Origin: Myxococcales bacterium
Lineage (GTDB): Bacteria; Desulfobacterota; Binatia; HRBIN30
Reading direction: 5' to 3'
Length of the DNA: 23,520 nucleotides
Assembly (NCBI GenBank): GCA_037445065.1
Contig: JBBILD010000032.1
Span: 1-23,520, forward strand
Below, one piece after another: positions 18,097-23,520 of the stretch (within the stretch, counting starts at the first letter, position 1; every line of letters begins with the position of its first letter). The position numbers and the translations under genes were made by a program. The notes beneath the pieces were generated by a model, which did not search any database, had not been told where the DNA came from, and saw only the letters and a list, made by a program, of their open reading frames with translations.

Positions 18097-18737
18097 CCCG
18101 CGCGTGCTTGCTGGCCACGGCACTAGCCAGCGTCGCGGCGTCGGTCGCTCGAGCCAGCGAGCCGGCCCGAATGGAGGAGGTCGTCGCGGTGTGCCTGGTC
18201 CCGCCCGCGGCCGAGCCGGTGGGCGAAGTGCGGCTCGTGCGGCGCGGGGAGGAAGAAGTCGTGCAGACTCTGCTCGACACCGTGCCCATGCGGCGAGTGG
18301 TGGCGGAGATCCGCGCAAAAGAGGAACGCAATTGGCCAGTCGGTGCCGCCGGCAGCGAGGAAGCGCGCCGTTACGTCACTGCCTTGCAGGAACTCCAGCA
18401 AACGTTGTGGAAGCGCGCCGCCGAGGCGGCACAGGGAAGCCCGCCAGCGCAGCACCTGCTCATCGAATTCCGCCTGAGCCGCACGCGCGCCTCGGTGGCA
18501 CTCGGTGAGTTTTCCGCCGAGGGCGGGATCGGCCAGCGCCGCCGCGTGGAGCCGCAAGCGCACGCTGAACTGGCCTTGGATCGCGGCTACATCGCCCGCA
18601 ACATGCGGCTGATTCTCGAAGACGCGTGCCAGGCGGCGCCCGAAACACTCGCCGCGTGGTTACGCCAGTTTCCCAACCTCGCCAATTCTGCAGAGTCGGG
18701 CAGGAGCGGCGCAGGACCCGCACAGGATCCGCGTTGA
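18093..18737 (+). CDS. Hypothetical secreted protein
   Basis: ATGA overlap with the MMPL stop, GGAGG upstream, signal-peptide-like N-terminus (MTRACLLATALASVAASVARA). Confidence 0.7.
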   Translation: MTRACLLATALASVAASVARASEPARMEEVVAVCLVPPAAEPVGEVRLVRRGEEEVVQTLLDTVPMRRVVAEIRAKEERNWPVGAAGSEEARRYVTALQELQQTLWKRAAEAAQGSPPAQHLLIEFRLSRTRASVALGEFSAEGGIGQRRRVEPQAHAELALDRGYIARNMRLILEDACQAAPETLAAWLRQFPNLANSAESGRSGAGPAQDPR

Positions 18738-18804
18738 CAACCCCGCGCGATTTTCCGAGAGAAGCGGCTCACCGCCCCGCGGCGGGTATCGAGAGGAGAT
18801 GCGG

Positions 18805-20778
18805 ATGAAGTCTCGCACGCTTTGCGCTTTGCAACTCGGCTTGGCGGTTTTGCTTTCCGCTGTGTTCGGCTGTGGGACGGACGGCGAGGGCGACGCGGCG
18901 GGTTCCCTTCCAGCGGGACCGCCGCCGGCGTGCAACCCACTGGCGAGCGAGCACGATTGCCTTGCGCCGTTCCCTTCCAACGTGTTTCTCGTGCGCGACC
19001 CCGCCACCCACAGCGGCGCGCGCGTCGAGATCCCCGAAAGTGCCCTGCCCAAAGACATTTTCGGACGACCCTTCGACGTCTCCCGCGTGCACGCTGCCGA
19101 TGGCTTCGCCATCGGTACGCAGATCTTCGCGGTGCTGGGCGAGGCGGTAGATCCTTCCAACCTCGCTACCTACGACCCCGAGCGCCCAGAACTGCTCGAA
19201 CGTTCGCTGGCGCCCACCAGCCCCACCCTGCTCATCGATACCGTCACCCGCCAGCGCGTCTTCCACCTTGCCGAACCCGACCCGCGCGCCGACTCCCCTC
19301 GCCGCCAAGCCTTGCTCCTTCGCCCGCTGGTACGCCTCACTCCGGGCCGGCGCTATGTGGTGGCCCTGCGCGGGTTACGAAACGCAAGCGGGACAACGAT
19401 TCCCGCACCGGCAGGCTTTCGCCAGCTTCGCGATCGCGCGGTGACCGATGCGCAGCTCCTTCCCCTCAGCGAGCGCTACGAGCGCGAGGTCTTTCCCGTA
19501 CTGGCGCAACTCGGAGTCGAACGCGCCGAGTTGCAACTCGCCTGGGACTTCACCGTGCGCAGCGAGGAGGACGCCACTGCCGACCTGCTCGCCATCCGCA
19601 ACGACGCGCTCGAGCGCTGGCGGCGCAACCCGCCTGCGGTTCGGGTCACCAAGGTAGGGCCGTCCGAGCGACCCGAAATCGCGCGCCGCATCGAGGGCAC
19701 GATCGAGGTGCCCTTGTACTTGGAAAGCGCCCGCCCTTCCGCCCGCATCCACCGCGACCCTGCCACCGGCAGGCCGGCTGCCAATGGGATGACCAAGTTT
19801 TCCTTCCTCGCCTTGATCCCGCACTCAGTCCTGCAAGGGAGCGAGCCAGCGCGCTTGCTGCAGTTCGGTCACGGCTTCTTCGGCTCGGTGGGCGAGATGG
19901 AAGGAGGCTACTTGCCCCAGTTCCTGCAAGACTTCGGCTGGGTGGGAATCGGCACCGAGTGGTGGGGGATGTCGCAAGGCGATTTGACCGCAGTGGCGGC
20001 CGATCTGTTGAACGACCCCAGTCTCGCGATTCGCTTCACCGACCGCGTGCACCAAGCCATGGTCAACTTCATGGCCCTCGGCATCGCCCGCTCCCAACTG
20101 GCACGTGAAGCCGCCTTCCAAGCGGACGGCCGGCCTCTCTTCGACCCGTCACGGCTCTACTTCATCGGGCTCAGCCAAGGGCACCTTCTCGGCACCACCT
20201 ATGTGGCGCTGGCCCCGGACGTCGAGCGCGCGGTGCTGGCCGTGGGCGGGGCGGACTTCACCTTCATCATGTTCCGCTCGCGCGCCTTCGGCCTATTTCT
20301 CGGCATCATCTCCGGCATGTTTCCCGACCCGCTCGACCAGCAAAAAATGACCATGCTGCTGCAGTCGGTGTTCGATCGCATCGATCCCCTCACGTATTCC
20401 GCCCATATCGTGCGCGACCCCTACCCGCCGGCACGAGCCAAGCAGGTCCTCCTCCAGATGGCCACGGGCGACGCCGAGGTGCCGAATCTGGCCACCGAGT
20501 TTCACGCCCGCGCCATGGGCATTCCGCTCGCCGTGCCCGCTCCGGTACGCGTGCCTCAGCTCGCCACCGCTCCGTACCCCGTCAACGGCTCCGCACTTGC
20601 CGTGTACGGCTATTCCATAAACCCCTTCCCGGGGGTGCTGGCGATTCCGCCTACGGACCCCAACGAGGCGCACGAAGGGCAGCGCGAGCTGCGCGCCGCG
20701 CAACGGCAAGTAGACCGCTTCCTGCGCCCCGACGGCCGCATCGAGTCGTTCTGCGAGGGCGTGTGCGACCCGGAATGA
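18805..20778 (+). CDS. Lipoprotein with C-terminal alpha/beta-hydrolase (extracellular lipase/esterase-like) domain
   Basis: GAGGAG then ATG 18805; lipobox VFG-C; PFPSN and DGF N-terminal motifs; FGHGFFG, nucleophile elbow GLSQG, GDAEVPN, NEAHE. Confidence 0.85.
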   Translation: MKSRTLCALQLGLAVLLSAVFGCGTDGEGDAAGSLPAGPPPACNPLASEHDCLAPFPSNVFLVRDPATHSGARVEIPESALPKDIFGRPFDVSRVHAADGFAIGTQIFAVLGEAVDPSNLATYDPERPELLERSLAPTSPTLLIDTVTRQRVFHLAEPDPRADSPRRQALLLRPLVRLTPGRRYVVALRGLRNASGTTIPAPAGFRQLRDRAVTDAQLLPLSERYEREVFPVLAQLGVERAELQLAWDFTVRSEEDATADLLAIRNDALERWRRNPPAVRVTKVGPSERPEIARRIEGTIEVPLYLESARPSARIHRDPATGRPAANGMTKFSFLALIPHSVLQGSEPARLLQFGHGFFGSVGEMEGGYLPQFLQDFGWVGIGTEWWGMSQGDLTAVAADLLNDPSLAIRFTDRVHQAMVNFMALGIARSQLAREAAFQADGRPLFDPSRLYFIGLSQGHLLGTTYVALAPDVERAVLAVGGADFTFIMFRSRAFGLFLGIISGMFPDPLDQQKMTMLLQSVFDRIDPLTYSAHIVRDPYPPARAKQVLLQMATGDAEVPNLATEFHARAMGIPLAVPAPVRVPQLATAPYPVNGSALAVYGYSINPFPGVLAIPPTDPNEAHEGQRELRAAQRQVDRFLRPDGRIESFCEGVCDPE

Positions 20779-20958
20779 TTGTGCGCATCAGTTGCCACCA
20801 AACGTCTGCGCCTTCCAGTGTTCCCGCAGTCTTCCGCTCCGGAGCGGATCCTGGATAGGCATCTTTACCACGGCTCCGGCCACGCCCAGCCGCAGGATGC
20901 TTTTCTTCCACCGAAATGCCTAGATATCGAGGTGGTGGGTTTCCTTCCTTGCCAGGGG

Positions 20959-23520
20959 CTATTTCGCGCCACCGGTGCGGTCGGGTCCTCCCGACGCACC
21001 AGCGATCACCTTTGGCGTTGCAGCGCCGGCAGGTGCATCGCTTTGTCGGGCCGTTTCCTCGATCCGCATATTGCCCGAGAGCCCGAGGTCATCGAGGATC
21101 AGGCGCAGATCCGATGTGAGGCTCCTTGCTAGGTCGCGCTCGACCGTGACGGAGAAGTTGACGCTCACCTGAAGATCGGACCCCGCCCGCAGTTTGGGGA
21201 GTAACTTGGTCCCCAGCCGATTCCAGAGTTCCGGTGGAACCACACCCGTAATGCGGATGGTTTTGGTCTGAAGGCCCGGTGAGGCGGCCGGGGCAAGGCT
21301 GGGTTCGGAGCTGGGCCCAGGGCGCGGCAGCGTGGGATCCATGTGCGGCACCTCCACCGACCCTTCAGGCGCCAGCGGCTCGGGTCCGGGAGCAGGCACC
21401 GCGATACCAGCCTTCAGCGCTTGCGCCTTCACTTTGCTCAACAGAAACACTCCTGAGTCAAAGGCGACCTCGTCGCTGGTCACGCGCTCCTGGAACCAAA
21501 CCCGCTCATAGGTCCCATCTGATTTCTGGCCAGATGCAAGGCCGAAGTCGCCCCTGGCGACGAACTCGACAATTTTTCCCCGTAGGCTCACGTCGGGGTC
21601 CAGCAAGCGCGTGAGCGAGCCGTTGAGGAAACTCTGTCGCAAGCTGGCGAGCGGCCATGCGCCCGATTCCTTCAATGCGGGCGGCCAGTTCCGGTCAATG
21701 TACCCTGCGCCCACGGAGTCGCTGAGAAGCGCCGCCGACTTAAGCGCAGAGATCACCCTGGCACAGAGGGTCTCACCACTGCTGGAGTGGCCGACCCCGA
21801 GGTCAATGACCTTGAGGCCATCGGCTTCTTGGCAGTCGGCGATGACGACAAACCGATAGCCGCCCCACACCTCTTCTCTTGCCGCTTCCTCGGCCTCGCG
21901 TACCTTCAACTGAAGGTCATCGCGGTCCGAGCGGTCGAAGTCGCCTCCTAGTGTGCCGTCGGCGACTTCCCGGGCAACCCGCTTCCAGGCCAGCCACAGC
22001 TCGACCTTTTCGCGCAGCTCCCGACCTGGCTTTCTCACACACCACACGAGCGCTCCCGGGTAGAGACGTGGGGACCTGCCGCGCTGCCTCGTCCACTCCC
22101 CGATTTGTTCACGCAGCCCGCCACCGTCCCTGCCTACCGCGGCTACGCCGCTGCCAGGGTTCCATTCCGCCTCCGGATCTACGATTACGAGCGTCAAGCG
22201 CGGCGAATCCGGCACTTCCGCACCGTCCCTGGGGAAGTATACGATGGGAGTGGTGGCGCCCCGGCGAAACTCCTCCCTCACCAGCTCGCGAATCGCCGGC
22301 TTGATCTCAGTCTCTTCGTCCAAAGAGGCGCGCCGGTCGCTTACGACCTTCTTCATCGTCGGTCGGTAATCGATCTTGAACCCGTCCGAGCCCACTTTGC
22401 GGATGAAGTACGCCTTGTCCTCCAGCGCAAAGGCGGCGTTATCCACGGAGGTCGTATCCACATCGGGCTCTCCGAGAGCGAATCGCAGCTCCGGCAAGTG
22501 TGCCACTTTCTCCGTTTGCCCACCGGAGGATTCGAAAAGGATTGCCGTTCCGACGCGGCGGTGAATGTCGCGGAGCGGCCCCTTCGTATCCGCGTCTAGC
22601 GCCTTGGCATGGGCCTGCTCCCCAGCAATGTCCGCATCAATGGCGGCCACCAGCCGGGATTCACCCAACTGACCGAGGATGATACTGCGGAATCCCAAGT
22701 CGTGGAGCGGCGCTGACCCGAGCGTGATCAAGGGTTCTCGGCGCGCGGTCATAAAGCCTTCTCGATAAGCCCAGGCGATCCACTGCGCCAGCATGGCCAA
22801 CGTGCCGCGCGTTTGCTGGTATTGGGGCAAGGCCTGCCACTTGCGCTGGAAGACAGAGAGCGTGGCCGGATGGAACGGATAGCACGCCTCGAAGCGGGCT
22901 CGGAGATACTCTCGCGCTCTAGCCTCTGTGGTCGCGGTGTCTACGGCTGTCCACTCCGGGGGAAGCTGCTTGCGCCGTTGGAAGCACCAGTCCGCGAAGG
23001 CCTTCGCCACGTTCGTCTTCACGCGCTCGCTCCCCAGGTCCTCGAAGAGCCGCCGCCGCACGACTTCGCTGATCTCTGTCTCGTCGTTGGCGATGAGGTC
23101 CTTGGCGACGCGCCGCACGACCTTGGTGATTTTGTCCTGCCACTGCAGGTCCCAGTCTGTCATCTCGACCTGACTGCGCGGCAGGCTGATGACCAGCGCG
23201 CCACGCGTCGTTCCGGTTGCGGCAACGGTCAAGTTCTGGATGAAGGCGTGAAACGACTCAGCCATGCCGCGATGCCGGTTGAGGAAATTGAGCACCTCGT
23301 CGAAGAGGAGGAGCACGGGGGCGCCTGCCGCTTTGAAGAGACGCGCGATGGCCTCGGTCCCGGGTGCCGTCGTCTTCGCGGTGCGCCCCAACGCTTCGAC
23401 CCCCTTGTCGCCAGCGAGCTGGCGAGCGATGTCAACCCACGGGGTCTCTCGGCCGTCCTGCGGATCCCACGCGTTGCCCACAAACACACCGACCCTGGCC
23501 TTGGGAACTGACGAGAGCCG
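20959..23520 (-). CDS. DUF499-family AAA+ ATPase (BREX-related), 5' end beyond the right window edge
   Basis: Frame stays open to 23520 (RLSSVPKARVGVFVGNAWD...). TPWVDIARQL, Walker B VLLLFDEV, EVVRRRLFE, YPFHP, YQQTRGTL motifs. Walker A is not in the window. Confidence 0.88.
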   Translation of the reverse strand, partial: RLSSVPKARVGVFVGNAWDPQDGRETPWVDIARQLAGDKGVEALGRTAKTTAPGTEAIARLFKAAGAPVLLLFDEVLNFLNRHRGMAESFHAFIQNLTVAATGTTRGALVISLPRSQVEMTDWDLQWQDKITKVVRRVAKDLIANDETEISEVVRRRLFEDLGSERVKTNVAKAFADWCFQRRKQLPPEWTAVDTATTEARAREYLRARFEACYPFHPATLSVFQRKWQALPQYQQTRGTLAMLAQWIAWAYREGFMTARREPLITLGSAPLHDLGFRSIILGQLGESRLVAAIDADIAGEQAHAKALDADTKGPLRDIHRRVGTAILFESSGGQTEKVAHLPELRFALGEPDVDTTSVDNAAFALEDKAYFIRKVGSDGFKIDYRPTMKKVVSDRRASLDEETEIKPAIRELVREEFRRGATTPIVYFPRDGAEVPDSPRLTLVIVDPEAEWNPGSGVAAVGRDGGGLREQIGEWTRQRGRSPRLYPGALVWCVRKPGRELREKVELWLAWKRVAREVADGTLGGDFDRSDRDDLQLKVREAEEAAREEVWGGYRFVVIADCQEADGLKVIDLGVGHSSSGETLCARVISALKSAALLSDSVGAGYIDRNWPPALKESGAWPLASLRQSFLNGSLTRLLDPDVSLRGKIVEFVARGDFGLASGQKSDGTYERVWFQERVTSDEVAFDSGVFLLSKVKAQALKAGIAVPAPGPEPLAPEGSVEVPHMDPTLPRPGPSSEPSLAPAASPGLQTKTIRITGVVPPELWNRLGTKLLPKLRAGSDLQVSVNFSVTVERDLARSLTSDLRLILDDLGLSGNMRIEETARQSDAPAGAATPKVIAGASGGPDRTGGAK

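Overview
GC-rich bacterial window with a defence-type gene at each edge, both on the minus strand and both running off the window. At the left is a 1,330+ codon ORF that the supplied ORF track misses. It encodes a NERD nuclease, a pseudokinase, an intact Ser/Thr kinase and a P-loop ATPase, an architecture resembling MAD6 of the MADS system. At the right is a DUF499-type ATPase. Between them lie plus-strand metabolic and envelope genes: a DEDDh 3'-5' exonuclease, an acyl-CoA synthetase, a small Cys-rich secreted protein, a SAM methyltransferase, a lipoprotein, a 2-oxoacid:ferredoxin oxidoreductase operon (gamma-delta fusion, alpha, beta), an MMPL/RND transporter, a hypothetical secreted protein and an alpha/beta-hydrolase lipoprotein. 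Three intergenic regions carry related GTAG-type REP palindrome clusters, each followed by a 7-bp-period tract. A fourth intergenic region (about 11.1-11.5 kb) is densely structured and contains tRNA-like and 6S-like motifs. All family calls come from motif recognition by eye, not database searches.
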